DNA of 64,000 bases from IMG/VR virus record IMGVR_UViG_3300025411_000009; one strand, written 5' to 3'. The stretch comes from an uncultured virus (IMG/VR IMGVR_UViG_3300025411_000009) (lineage: Duplodnaviria > Heunggongvirae > Uroviricota > Caudoviricetes). The position numbers and the translations under genes were made by a program. Below, piece after piece: positions 1 to 10,042 of this stretch. Positions within the stretch are counted from its first letter, which is position 1. Every line of letters starts with the position of its first letter. The notes under the pieces were generated by a model that was given only the letters and a program-made list of their open reading frames with translations, had not been told where the DNA came from and did not search any database.

Positions 1-403
1 GATTAGGATACAATGTTGCCGAAGCACCAAGATAAGATGGTGATGATGCTAATTCAGCAGATGTTCGTTGGTCAAAGAAACCTGTTCCAGGTGTTGGAGT
101 TACATTTGGTATTCCAGGTATTACACCGAAGTAACCTGGAAACTGTCCAGATGGACCGTCAAAGAATAACCCAATAACATACTCACCTTCGTGTGGTGTT
201 TTATTAGTGTTAGATGCATTAACAGGAAGAATAGGATGTGCCCATGGCAAATCTGCTGATGGTATTAATTGTAGTTTATCTGTATGCCAACCAAATATAC
301 GGACTTGACAACGACCAAGGTTTAATGGGTCTTTTCTGCTTTCAACAACACCCATCCACCATACAAGTCCATCTGCACCTAAAAAGTTATTTTTTGTTAT
401 CAT
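1..403 (-). CDS. gp5: Baseplate hub/spike gp5, N-terminal OB-fold (runs off window edge)
   Basis: Manual translation MITKNNFLGADGLVWWMGVVESRKDPLNLGRCQVRIFGWHT...LPWA matches the gp5 N-terminus; follows hub gene and gp53. Confidence 0.92.
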   Translation of the reverse strand, partial: MITKNNFLGADGLVWWMGVVESRKDPLNLGRCQVRIFGWHTDKLQLIPSADLPWAHPILPVNASNTNKTPHEGEYVIGLFFDGPSGQFPGYFGVIPGIPNVTPTPGTGFFDQRTSAELASSPSYLGASATLYPN

Positions 404-1773
404 AGTTTACCTGCTACAGTATTTTTCCAAATTGTTGAATTTGTGTCTGGTGTGACATATTCATTTGGAACACTTTCTTTTACAATTTCAATAATCATTT
501 TATAACCATCAACCTTAAATGTGTGTTTAAGTGCTGATATGAGATACTTGCCTGAGTAATACTTATCAAGCTCTTTTCCTTGAGTAGCAGGATCCATAGA
601 AACTAAATTAAAATTGATAACACTACCAACAGTAATAGACGGGTCTCCATCCATAAACAATTTAACTTTATTATAGTTTGTTAAAGATAATTGTGATGTT
701 CTTGTTGGAACATATTTTTCTAAAAAGATATCGTGTGAATAAGCATCAGGTTTAGAACCAATATATGGAATATCTTTTTGATTTTTATTTGTTGTTGCCA
801 TTTTAAGAACGGCTTGTGGTGTTTCATATACCTTATCACCAAATCTATTAGTTACTCCGTTAGTGATTGAATATTTGTTTAATTGTGTTGAGTTATTAAA
901 GTAAGTATCGTAATTAAAATCTACAATGTTCCATCTCAATAATAGAGGATCGATTGTGATTAGTCTATTCGCAAATACACCTGTGTTAATAGCATTAAGA
1001 GTATCAAAAGCATCAACAATTTGATATGAATTAACACCATAGAATTTTTGGTCTTGTGTTCCAGTTTTGTTATCTATATTTTTAGGTGCATAAGTGTATG
1101 TTCGTAAAGGGTCTTGCATGAATAGTGTTTGTAGTGAAAAGAAATGAAACCCTTGAGAGTCTTCAAATAACAACATATCTGAACCATAACTACCTGGTGT
1201 TGCTGATTGAGCATATGTTGATACCCAATTAATAGCTTCAAGTGGTTTAAAGTTTGGAACAATAAAACTATAAACACCTTGCGTTTCTTCTATATCTACT
1301 ACTTTATTATTTGGATCAACTTTAAGAAAGTTTGTTAATATATCAGTAATAATATCTGATATTTTTTTATCTTTATAAGATTTACTTACTTTGTATTGTT
1401 CAGAAAGAACTAACTCATCAGAACAAAAATTGATAACATAACCTTCTGTTGTTGAATTGCCTACGAGTTGTCTTGAAGATATTTTGTGAACACGGAATAT
1501 TAAATCATTTATAAAATCATCTTCCGAAGCTTTAGTGAATGATATACGAATATATTCATTACCAATCATATGCAACTTTTCAATAAGACCTTGTGCATCT
1601 GAAATCTGTAAATAACCAGAAACACAATTACTAAAGATGTCTTCAAAGTAAGTTAATTCAACAAGTGAATTTTTTAAATCAAATGAACCGCCTGATGTTA
1701 ATAATACAAGTGTTTTTAGATTATAGTCCTGAGCATACGTTACTCCAGGAGTTACAAGATTTGGATTTGCCAT
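400..1773 (-). CDS. Baseplate hub protein (gp27/GpD-like)
   Basis: 457 aa between gp53 and gp5; YFEDIFS...SG.LQISDA start and C-terminal YSGKYLISALKH motif. Confidence 0.7.
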   Translation of the reverse strand: MANPNLVTPGVTYAQDYNLKTLVLLTSGGSFDLKNSLVELTYFEDIFSNCVSGYLQISDAQGLIEKLHMIGNEYIRISFTKASEDDFINDLIFRVHKISSRQLVGNSTTEGYVINFCSDELVLSEQYKVSKSYKDKKISDIITDILTNFLKVDPNNKVVDIEETQGVYSFIVPNFKPLEAINWVSTYAQSATPGSYGSDMLLFEDSQGFHFFSLQTLFMQDPLRTYTYAPKNIDNKTGTQDQKFYGVNSYQIVDAFDTLNAINTGVFANRLITIDPLLLRWNIVDFNYDTYFNNSTQLNKYSITNGVTNRFGDKVYETPQAVLKMATTNKNQKDIPYIGSKPDAYSHDIFLEKYVPTRTSQLSLTNYNKVKLFMDGDPSITVGSVINFNLVSMDPATQGKELDKYYSGKYLISALKHTFKVDGYKMIIEIVKESVPNEYVTPDTNSTIWKNTVAGKL

Positions 1774-1774
1774 A

Positions 1775-2422
1775 TTAACGACTCATCAATGATTTAAATT
1801 GTTTCTCAAAATCTCCAACAAAGGCAGAGTTTATAAGATTAATTGTTCTATTAGATTCATTTTGTTCCACTTCCCAATCATATATGTAAACAACTTGTGT
1901 TGATACGGTATATGTTGCTGTATCAGTAACATTTCCATTTGTGTCATAGAATTGAACTGTTTCACTACCTTGAACTGTAGAGTTATACGTTGCTAAATCA
2001 ATCACATAATTATTAGATGTTGTGGTTTGAGATGCTGTGTCATATGTTACAACTGTTTTTCTATATTCGTATACTGTTGATTGAGTGTATGCCAAAGGTG
2101 TCACATTAGCCGTATTGGCTGCAGCCGCATATTTGTCATTGATGTAATCTGTAAATTCATTATAGGTTAATGGCCATTGCCATTGTGGGTCTATAATTTG
2201 ATTAGCAAACAATACTAACCAATATCTGTATGGATCATTATAATATTTGTTAGCAATAATTTCTGGTGTATCACCATCTTTGATGTCATACTGATAAAAT
2301 ATAGCAGGATTATTAAGTAAACTTTGAACAATACTTGAACGTGCTAAAAGATTAACTGCAGCTATGTTTTTACCATAAGGGTCTTTAGTTACAATTAATG
2401 GTAATGTTCTAAAGTAATGCAT
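1775..2422 (-). CDS. gp53: Baseplate wedge subunit gp53
   Basis: YDIKDGDTPEIIANKYYNDPYRYWLVLFANQIIDPQWQWPL signature. Confidence 0.92.
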   Translation of the reverse strand: MHYFRTLPLIVTKDPYGKNIAAVNLLARSSIVQSLLNNPAIFYQYDIKDGDTPEIIANKYYNDPYRYWLVLFANQIIDPQWQWPLTYNEFTDYINDKYAAAANTANVTPLAYTQSTVYEYRKTVVTYDTASQTTTSNNYVIDLATYNSTVQGSETVQFYDTNGNVTDTATYTVSTQVVYIYDWEVEQNESNRTINLINSAFVGDFEKQFKSLMSR

Positions 2423-3483
2423 TATCTAACATCCTTATTATAAATGTCACGGTGCATAATATTCATTTCTTTGAATTGTAATGTTAATCGTGTTTGAACA
2501 GGAAAACCATCTTGATAAGCAGCAAAACCATTTGGTGCATAATCTACAGTAATATTAGTTAATACAGAATCACCAACTTTATATAAGTTTAAATTTTCTG
2601 AAGCAGAATCACTTGATAAACTTGGACCTTTAGAACCACCAGATACGGTTGTTCCTGGATTTTGCATGATTGATGATACAATAGATGAAGCTGAACCGTC
2701 AAGATTAATAAATTTAAAACTTAAATTAAAGATTGAAGGCATAACAAAGTATTGACCTTCACCAGCCGCAGCTGCACCTGAAATTTGTGGTAATGAAGCG
2801 TATGTGAATGTGTCAATAATTGATTTGACCATATCTGCTTCTATTGTTGATTTAGGTGTAAATATAAACTCTAATTGGTATTCACGAAGATTGATACCTT
2901 TATACAACAATTGTAATTGTGGATTGACTGCGTAACCTGTAGCTTTTAATAAGATATCACCGCCTTGTTTTGATCCTGTCACAGCATTAAAAGCTGCACC
3001 ACCGGCAGTTTCTACAAGGCCTGGAACTAAATTCTTACCACCTTTATACATATCGTAACCACCTTCAGCTGCACGACCTACTGTTCCTAATTCAGTAGTT
3101 AATTCAAAAGACTCGTAGTTTGATGAATAAGACATATTCAATGTGTCTGGCATGTATAATGTGATTGTTGCTACAATACCTGTTTTAGGCACATCTAGAG
3201 CTGCAACAACACCTTTTTTCTCAATTAGACCTTTAGGATTAACTGAAATTTCGGGTTTTGATTCACCATTCAATGCTGCAACATCTTTTATAGTAAAAAC
3301 AACACAATGTGCTTTAGTTGGATTAGTACCAATATCTTGTGGATACCAATAGTTTTTACTTTGACCTTTTGGTGGTTGGTCTAATGCTTGAAGAGGACCG
3401 TTTGCACCTCTTGGTCTTGGACCAGTTTGTGCTGCCAAAATGTTTGCTTGAGCTATAAGTGGATTATTCGGTGAAGCTGCCAT
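2422..3483 (-). CDS. gp48: Baseplate tail-tube cap gp48
   Basis: ITLYMP, NPQLQLLYKG..LREYQLEFIFTPKS, LTNITVDYAPNG, LTLQFKE motifs. Confidence 0.88.
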   Translation of the reverse strand: MAASPNNPLIAQANILAAQTGPRPRGANGPLQALDQPPKGQSKNYWYPQDIGTNPTKAHCVVFTIKDVAALNGESKPEISVNPKGLIEKKGVVAALDVPKTGIVATITLYMPDTLNMSYSSNYESFELTTELGTVGRAAEGGYDMYKGGKNLVPGLVETAGGAAFNAVTGSKQGGDILLKATGYAVNPQLQLLYKGINLREYQLEFIFTPKSTIEADMVKSIIDTFTYASLPQISGAAAAGEGQYFVMPSIFNLSFKFINLDGSASSIVSSIMQNPGTTVSGGSKGPSLSSDSASENLNLYKVGDSVLTNITVDYAPNGFAAYQDGFPVQTRLTLQFKEMNIMHRDIYNKDVR

Positions 3484-3511
3484 TACATTCTCTGATTGGA
3501 TTGATAATATA

Positions 3512-3519
3512 TATTTATA
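3512..3519 (-). promoter_or_regulatory. T4-type late promoter TATAAATA for gp48 operon
   Basis: Exact TATAAATA about 30 nt upstream of the gp48 start. Confidence 0.75.
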
Positions 3520-3956
3520 TGGCTTATTCAGGACTATTCAAACCAAAGAACCCACAAAAGTATGTGGGCGACCCGACCAATATCGTCTATCGTTCCTCGT
3601 GGGAGTGCAAGTTTATGTCTTGGTTAGATAGAAACCCAAGCATTATCTCTTGGGCATCTGAAGAGCTTATTATACCCTATAAGTCCCCGGTTGACAATAG
3701 AATGCATCGTTATTTTCCTGATTTTGTTGTAAAAGTCCAAAATAAAGAAGGTAAAACTAAAACAATGGTTCTTGAAGTTAAACCTAAAAAACAATCATTA
3801 CCACCTGAACCAAGAAAACGAGTGACTAAACAATATATCAATGAAGTTATGACCTATGGTGTCAATCAAGCTAAATGGCATGCAGCTAATGAATTCTGTT
3901 TAGATAGAGGTTGGGAGTTTAGGGTGCTAACTGAAAAAGATTTAGGAATTGGCTAA
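3519..3956 (+). CDS. gp4: Head completion nuclease gp4
   Basis: MAYSGLFKPKNPQKYVGDPTNIVYRSSWE...HRYFPDF...EVKP; likely ATG at 3519. Confidence 0.93.
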   Translation: MAYSGLFKPKNPQKYVGDPTNIVYRSSWECKFMSWLDRNPSIISWASEELIIPYKSPVDNRMHRYFPDFVVKVQNKEGKTKTMVLEVKPKKQSLPPEPRKRVTKQYINEVMTYGVNQAKWHAANEFCLDRGWEFRVLTEKDLGIG

Positions 3957-4508
3957 ACCAATATATTCGTATAATCTATTCAATTCTATTAAATCTAATT
4001 CAAATTTTTCTGTATAAATTGGTTTAGATGGGCATCTTGTTTTAATCTCATTGACTGTAAATAATTCAAATGATTTACCTGTTGTGTCTTGACATAAAGC
4101 TTGATAGTATCGTAAAGTTGAATCTTTTACTGCATTTTGACCACAAACTACTGCAAACTTAATATCTGAATTAGTTGCTCTTTTGATGTCATTGAAATTA
4201 GCAACTGCTCTAACACAATGTGAGGCGTCAAAGTAACATTTAGCTTCAATAGCAATCTTTAATTCATTATTTGTTCTTACTCTTATGTGCCTATCGACTT
4301 GAACATTATCTCTCTTTTCTGATAGACAATATGAGGTAAGGTAATCATTCTTTAATGATACTAGATTTGGATAGAGTTTAACAATATCATCTATCAGATG
4401 TTCAAATAAATTACCAGATGCAGCTGCTGCTTTTCTAGCACCTACTTCACGATAGATTTGTTCTAATAAATTTAAATTGTGATTATAATTATCTATAATA
4501 TTTTTCAT
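3942..4508 (-). CDS. PD-(D/E)XK restriction-like endonuclease
   Basis: SGNLFE...QVD...IAIEAK pattern; has its own sigma70-like promoter; antisense insertion between gp4 and gp2. Confidence 0.6.
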   Translation of the reverse strand: MKNIIDNYNHNLNLLEQIYREVGARKAAAASGNLFEHLIDDIVKLYPNLVSLKNDYLTSYCLSEKRDNVQVDRHIRVRTNNELKIAIEAKCYFDASHCVRAVANFNDIKRATNSDIKFAVVCGQNAVKDSTLRYYQALCQDTTGKSFELFTVNEIKTRCPSKPIYTEKFELDLIELNRLYEYIGLANS

Positions 4509-4515
4509 ACATATG

Positions 4516-4544
4516 ATTATATATCGAATCAAATAAAAAGTCAA
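4516..4544 (-). promoter_or_regulatory. Sigma70-like promoter TTGACT-17-TATAAT
   Basis: Consensus hexamers directly upstream of ATG 4508. Confidence 0.75.
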
Positions 4545-4566
4545 TGGAAAACGAATAAATACTACA

Positions 4567-5163
4567 ATGGCCTCTTTACTTACAAAATTATCAGCAGAAA
4601 AGTCTGCATCTGAAACACAAATGTTATCTCGTCAATCTATACAATGGTTGACCAATAAGATAGCAACATTAAGAAATATGAGGTCTGTACCTACTGCTAT
4701 TAGTAGAGAACAATTCAGACAAGTAAACCAATTTAAATTGGGTCGTTTATATTTCTTCTATTATGACCCAAAAGGTAAAGATGATTTACCATATTATGAT
4801 AAGTTTCCACTTGTATTAGCATTAGAAAAATACAATGACGGATTTTTAGGGTTGAACCTACATTACTTGCCAATTAGATATAGAGTGGCATTTTTAGGTA
4901 AACTTTTGGATTTTGCGTCCATGAATGATAAAGATGAAATTACAAGGATTCGTATCACTTACGATATTTTGAACGCCACGAAACACCTAAAAGAGTTTAG
5001 GCCATGTATTAAACAATATTTGATGAGTAATGTTAAGTCTAAAATACTTGCCGTTGAACCACATGAGTGGGAAGTGGCAACATTCTTACCTATTCATCAG
5101 TTCAAGAAAGCTAAAGCTGAAAAAGTATGGGAAGATTCAGTTAAAGAAATTAAGGAGCAATAA
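4567..5163 (+). CDS. gp2: DNA end protector gp2
   Basis: YFFYYDPKGKDDLPYYDKFPLV...GFLGLNLHYLP. Confidence 0.92.
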   Translation: MASLLTKLSAEKSASETQMLSRQSIQWLTNKIATLRNMRSVPTAISREQFRQVNQFKLGRLYFFYYDPKGKDDLPYYDKFPLVLALEKYNDGFLGLNLHYLPIRYRVAFLGKLLDFASMNDKDEITRIRITYDILNATKHLKEFRPCIKQYLMSNVKSKILAVEPHEWEVATFLPIHQFKKAKAEKVWEDSVKEIKEQ

Positions 5164-5164
5164 A

Positions 5165-5803
5165 ATGGCATCAAACTTAAACGAGTTTCTATCTACCTTC
5201 ACGTCGGATGTATCAAGGCCAAATAAGTTCTATGTTGTGGTCAATGTACCTCCGTTTTTACTATCACAATATTCTAATATGCCTAGAGCACTTTCATTTC
5301 GTTGTGAAACGGCAGAAATTCCAGGTAGAACAATTAATACGATTGACCAAAAGTTTGGTTCTAATCCTATTGAGAAGTTTCCAAACCAATCATCATATAA
5401 TGATTTAACATTAACATTTATTGTTTCAGATGACATGAGTGAAAAAGCTTTCTTTGATGCCTGGATGGATTTTATTAATCCTACAAGTAACTTTAATTTT
5501 AAATATAAAGTCGATTATGCTGTACCAATATACATCAATCAATATGATGTGACGGATCAATTGTCATTCCAAGTGGAATGTATTGATGCTTATCCTATAG
5601 CAATTAATCAATTAGATTTAGATTGGTCAAGTGATGGCCATCATAAATTAACGGTAGTATTTGCATATACATATTATAATACATACCCACAACAAGCAGG
5701 TGTATCATTACCAACAGATACAGCTCTTGGTATATCTTCACAACTACAAGGTGCGCCTTTCCCACCACCTCCACCACCTAATGGTGTTAATTTTGGGTTA
5801 TAG
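5165..5803 (+). CDS. Tail tube initiator / tube-family protein (gp54/gp19-like)
   Basis: SRPNKFYV, CETAEIPG, FFDAWMD, AYPIAI...LTVVFAY; start MASNL at 5165. Confidence 0.75.
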   Translation: MASNLNEFLSTFTSDVSRPNKFYVVVNVPPFLLSQYSNMPRALSFRCETAEIPGRTINTIDQKFGSNPIEKFPNQSSYNDLTLTFIVSDDMSEKAFFDAWMDFINPTSNFNFKYKVDYAVPIYINQYDVTDQLSFQVECIDAYPIAINQLDLDWSSDGHHKLTVVFAYTYYNTYPQQAGVSLPTDTALGISSQLQGAPFPPPPPPNGVNFGL

Positions 5804-5826
5804 ATTATTAATTAGGAGATAATATT

Positions 5827-6552
5827 ATGGCTTTGCCAAAAATTGATGTGCCGGTCTACCAAATTGATTTGCCTTTATCTAAAAAGCATATTAATTTTAG
5901 ACCATTTTTAGTAAAAGAACAAAAGAATTTATTGATGGCAATGGAATCATCTGATTCTGAAACCATTGAACAAAACATAAAACAAATTCTTACAAATTGC
6001 ACCATATCAGAAAATATAGATATTGATTCATTACCAATTATTGATATTGAATACTACTTCTTGCAATTACGAGCAAGGTCTGTTGGTGAAATTATAGAAA
6101 ACAAATATAAGTGTAATAATGTTGTAGAAGATAAAGAATGTGGTAATTTAATGGATGTAAAATTAAATATCTTTGATGTTAAAGTAGACATGAAAGAAGA
6201 TTTAAAAGATGTCATTCAATTAACAGATAAAATTTCTGTCAAATTAAACTACCCAAAATTCTCAGCAATCAAACGAGCATCAAAGTTTGAAAATTCAGCT
6301 GACATGGCATTTGATATGATTGCTAGTTCTATTGAATATGTTTACGATGGTGAACAATTCTATTACGCTAAAGAAACAGATCCTGGTGAGATGATTGATT
6401 TTATCGAATCACTTAATACTGAACAGTTTAGTAAATTGGAAGAATTCTTTGCTAATTTGCCAAAGATGAAACAAACTGTTGCTATGAAATGTAAGAAGTG
6501 TGGTTTTGGCCACAGCATAGATGTGGAGGGTCTGGAAAGTTTTTTCGGTTAG
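5827..6552 (+). CDS. gp26: Baseplate hub/tail assembly protein gp26
   Basis: MALPKIDVPVY...FRPFLVKEQK...LRARSVGE...CKKCG...GLESFF. Confidence 0.9.
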   Translation: MALPKIDVPVYQIDLPLSKKHINFRPFLVKEQKNLLMAMESSDSETIEQNIKQILTNCTISENIDIDSLPIIDIEYYFLQLRARSVGEIIENKYKCNNVVEDKECGNLMDVKLNIFDVKVDMKEDLKDVIQLTDKISVKLNYPKFSAIKRASKFENSADMAFDMIASSIEYVYDGEQFYYAKETDPGEMIDFIESLNTEQFSKLEEFFANLPKMKQTVAMKCKKCGFGHSIDVEGLESFFG

Positions 6553-6740
6553 TTTTTTGTCATGACAACTTGAGTAATTATTACCGCACTAACTTTTCAT
6601 TGATTCAGCATCACAAATATAGCCTGGCAGAGCTAGAGAATATGCTGCCTTGGGAGCGTGATATCTATGTCACCATGTTAATACAGCATATTGAAGAAGA
6701 AAACGAAAAGATTAAACAACGAAACGCTGCTAACAAATGA
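6547..6740 (+). CDS. gp51: gp51 hub assembly protein, probably made by -1 frameshift from gp26
   Basis: NYYRTNFSLIQHHKYSLAELENMLPWERDIYV signature; in the -1 frame with no convincing start codon of its own. Confidence 0.8.
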
Positions 6741-8311
6741 TAACCAAAAAACTAGGCGAAGAAGTTTATGTTTGGGATCCTTTAGCCTTTATGGGTAAAG
6801 GATATTGGTTCATTCTTGGCAAAAATGGAAAGTATGGGCGTGCTGCTTCTAAAAAAGATGCTACAAAATTAGGTAAGATTAAACCTGAATCCAAAGCAGA
6901 AGTTCCTAAAAAAGATATCATTAAAGCTTCACCAATTTCAAATAATACACCTATACCTGAAGTATCAGAAGAAACCAAAGAATCTGTAGAAAAAACTACC
7001 AAGAAATTTTCTCCTGAAAATATGGCAAAAGGTATTATGAAAGGAAAAAGTTTTTTATCACCTGAAGAACACACCAAACACGAAAAACTAAAAGCAAGAG
7101 CAAAGCCTAGAAAAGAAAATGTATTCAAAAAACATTTAGGTTTAATATATGCTTTAGTTAAAACTAAAATTGAAGAAGATAAGTTGAAAATGGAATTAGC
7201 TAAAGATTTCCATAAACAACAAGAAAATGATGAACAAAAAAGACATGAAGAATTAGTTTCAGCTTTAGGTGGAAAAGGTGTAAGGCCTACATCTAAAGAA
7301 GATAAGAAAAAACAAAAAGAGAAAAAAGAAAGTAATACATTATTAAAAGCAATTATAGGATTTGTTACTGGTGGAATAGTTGGTCTACTTACTGATTCAA
7401 AAAAAAGTGTAGATAAAACAAGCCAAGATATAGATAAGAGTAAAAGTGATGCTGATAAAATGAAAAGTGATTCTGCTGATTTGGATTCAAAAGAAGCGGA
7501 GAAGAAAAAAACAACAGTATCAACAAGAGAAGGTGCACCTGCACCTACAAAAGCGCCTGGCGCAGGTAGACCTCCATCAAGACCTCCATCTGGTGCACCA
7601 GCTGGTAAACCTTTACCACCATCTCAAGCAGAAAAAGCAATTGCAGGTGGTGATCCAGTTAAAGCTATGATTGTTCGACATGAAGGTGTTCGTATGGCAC
7701 CTTATAAAGATAGTTTAGGATTATGGACAGTAGGTGTTGGTCATCTTATTGGTGACGGTAAATCTCTACCATCTGAATGGAATAAAACATTTTCAGCAGA
7801 AGAAGTTAAAGACTTATTTGACCAAGATTATGAGTATCACAAAAAGGCTGCTGAAAAGATACCAGGTTATTCTAATGTTAAGGGGCCAGGACAAGGCGCA
7901 TTGATTGATTTGACTTTTAATATGGGTCCAGTTTGGTATAAAAAATGGCCTACATTCACTAAAAAGTTATCTGGTGGTGACATTCAAGGTGCAGCTGGTG
8001 AATTAGAAAAGAGTAAATGGTACACACAAGTAGGTAAACGTGGTCCTGATATTGTTGCTATGTTACAATCATCAGATAAAGGTGGTTCATCGTCAGCGGA
8101 TGCAACACCAAGCAATAGAAATACAGGCGCACAATTAGCAAGTGCTTCATCCACCAATAAAGATATGAAAGCTGACCAAGCATCATCTGGTCAAAACACA
8201 GTTATTGTAAATAATAATAACACAACAGTAGCAAAGAGCACCACAACAAAAACTAATGTAGTTCCACAAAAAAACGATAATTCAGTATTAACGCAGGCAC
8301 AATATGGATAA
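6737..8311 (+). CDS. Tape-measure/gp29-like tail protein with GH24 lysozyme domain
   Basis: RHEGVRMAPYKDSLGLWTVGVGHL and ALIDLTFNMG lysozyme motifs; directly after gp26/gp51. Confidence 0.75.
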   Translation: MITKKLGEEVYVWDPLAFMGKGYWFILGKNGKYGRAASKKDATKLGKIKPESKAEVPKKDIIKASPISNNTPIPEVSEETKESVEKTTKKFSPENMAKGIMKGKSFLSPEEHTKHEKLKARAKPRKENVFKKHLGLIYALVKTKIEEDKLKMELAKDFHKQQENDEQKRHEELVSALGGKGVRPTSKEDKKKQKEKKESNTLLKAIIGFVTGGIVGLLTDSKKSVDKTSQDIDKSKSDADKMKSDSADLDSKEAEKKKTTVSTREGAPAPTKAPGAGRPPSRPPSGAPAGKPLPPSQAEKAIAGGDPVKAMIVRHEGVRMAPYKDSLGLWTVGVGHLIGDGKSLPSEWNKTFSAEEVKDLFDQDYEYHKKAAEKIPGYSNVKGPGQGALIDLTFNMGPVWYKKWPTFTKKLSGGDIQGAAGELEKSKWYTQVGKRGPDIVAMLQSSDKGGSSSADATPSNRNTGAQLASASSTNKDMKADQASSGQNTVIVNNNNTTVAKSTTTKTNVVPQKNDNSVLTQAQYG

Positions 8312-9989
8312 CCTTATAACTAAAAAATTAGATGGACATACTTGGGTTTGGGATCCTTTAGCCTTTATGGGTAAAGGTTATTGGTTTATGCTTGGTAAAA
8401 ACGGCAACTATGGTCGTGCTGCTTCTAAAAAAGAAGCCGCTTCATTAGGCAAAATTGATAAAACAGAAACCGAACCAGCATCAGAAAAAGTCTATAAACA
8501 AGAAAAGGGTAAACCCGGAAAAGAATCTGAATTTGCTAAAGCAGGAGAAATTAGAAAAAAAGGTTTCTCTAAAATGGTTGCTGAAAAATTAGCATCAGGC
8601 CAATCTTTAGGTAAATCATTAAAATCTACCATATCAGAAAAAACAAAAGCAAAAGCGGTTGGTATGAGAGAGAAGTTTAATCCAATGAATATTGCTAAAG
8701 GTATGTTTGGTGAAGCAGGCGCAATGTATGTTGGCAAAAAAATGGGCGCAAAAAAAGAAGATATTGAATATTTTTCTGATACAAAAATACCAAATAAGTT
8801 AGAAGACGAGAAAGCAAAGAAAAAGAAAAGTAAGGAACCTGAATCTGAACCTACTGCTACTAAAGTTCCATCAGCAGGAAAAAGTAATGCTACTACCGAA
8901 AATATGTCTGACACCAAAACTATGAAAGGTTCAGCAGATACTATTATTGTAAAACTTTATGAATTACTTAAAAAGAATTTTGATGATAAAAAAACTCAAG
9001 ATGAGTTAATGAAAGACTTTGAACAAGAAAGAAAAAATACTCAAGAAAAAAGACACAAAGAATTAATTGAAGCAATTAAAAGTAGAGGTGATGGTAAAGG
9101 TTTAGCTGAAAAAATTGGAGATAAAGTTAAAGAAGCAAAACAAGGATTCATGGAAAAACTTATCTCTGGTTTAGGTAAAATGTTTGAGATATTTGAAGGT
9201 ATTGGTGCATTTATTTCAATGATTGCACCATTATTAGCTGGTCTTGCTGAATTATTTGTACCAATACTTGCTGTTATAGCTGCTGTTATTGCCGTAGTTG
9301 CATTATTTAAACTAGGTAAATGGTTATGGAATAAATTCAAAGGTGCTGACAAGAAAGCTGATGATGTAAAAAAAGATATACCAAAAGAAGTAGCATCAGG
9401 TGATACAGCAACAAAACAATCTTCTGCATCAGGCGGTGAAACACCATCAGCATCACCAACAAATTCAGGCGCAAATGGTGCATCAGGCTCAAACGGAAGT
9501 TCTGGTATGGCCGGAGCTGCAGGTTCAGACGGAAGTTCTGGTACATCTGGAGCTCCAGGTGCTTCACCTTCAGCAAGTTCTGCAGGTGCTCCAGGTTCCG
9601 CAGGAGCAGCTGGATCATCTTCAAGTGGTGCACCAGGATCAGCAGGAGCCGCTGGTTCACCAGGTGCCGCCGGAGCACCAGGTTCAGCGGGATCCGTTGG
9701 TTCTGTTGGTGCTGCTGGCGCAAGTGCAACTGCTTCACCTACATCGGCACCAACGGCTACACCAACTGCATCGCCAAGTTCTTTAGGTTCTAAAATGACG
9801 GCTGCAACAAAAGAAAATAATGATGCTCAATTACAATCATCAGGTTCTTCAACACCTACTATTATTAATAATACATCTTCAAAAGGAATGGATATTGATC
9901 CTCCAGATGTTATGACTGGTAATTTTTCAGTGCGTAATGATGACTCAGCGTTTATGAGAGTGTTACGAATGAACACTCGAGCAGTATAA
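8304..9989 (+). CDS. Tape-measure/gp29-like tail protein, paralog of upstream gene
   Basis: Shared N-terminal module, hydrophobic helices, Gly-X-Y low-complexity tract, TIINN tail. Confidence 0.6.
   Translation: MDNLITKKLDGHTWVWDPLAFMGKGYWFMLGKNGNYGRAASKKEAASLGKIDKTETEPASEKVYKQEKGKPGKESEFAKAGEIRKKGFSKMVAEKLASGQSLGKSLKSTISEKTKAKAVGMREKFNPMNIAKGMFGEAGAMYVGKKMGAKKEDIEYFSDTKIPNKLEDEKAKKKKSKEPESEPTATKVPSAGKSNATTENMSDTKTMKGSADTIIVKLYELLKKNFDDKKTQDELMKDFEQERKNTQEKRHKELIEAIKSRGDGKGLAEKIGDKVKEAKQGFMEKLISGLGKMFEIFEGIGAFISMIAPLLAGLAELFVPILAVIAAVIAVVALFKLGKWLWNKFKGADKKADDVKKDIPKEVASGDTATKQSSASGGETPSASPTNSGANGASGSNGSSGMAGAAGSDGSSGTSGAPGASPSASSAGAPGSAGAAGSSSSGAPGSAGAAGSPGAAGAPGSAGSVGSVGAAGASATASPTSAPTATPTASPSSLGSKMTAATKENNDAQLQSSGSSTPTIINNTSSKGMDIDPPDVMTGNFSVRNDDSAFMRVLRMNTRAV
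9468..9725 (+). repeat. Collagen-like Gly-X-Y coding repeat
   Basis: GANGASGSNGSSGMAGAAGSDG...GAPGSAGAAGSPGAAGAPGSAGSVG. Confidence 0.7.
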
Positions 9990-10014
9990 AAAAAAGGAGG
10001 CCGAAGCCTCCTTC
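9988..10014 (-). terminator. Rho-independent terminator with C(UUCG)G tetraloop after gp32
   Basis: Minus strand AAGGAGGC-TTCG-GCCTCCTT followed by a T run; lies between convergent genes. Confidence 0.9.
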
Positions 10015-10042
10015 TAAAACTTTCCTTCTTTAAGGGAATGTT

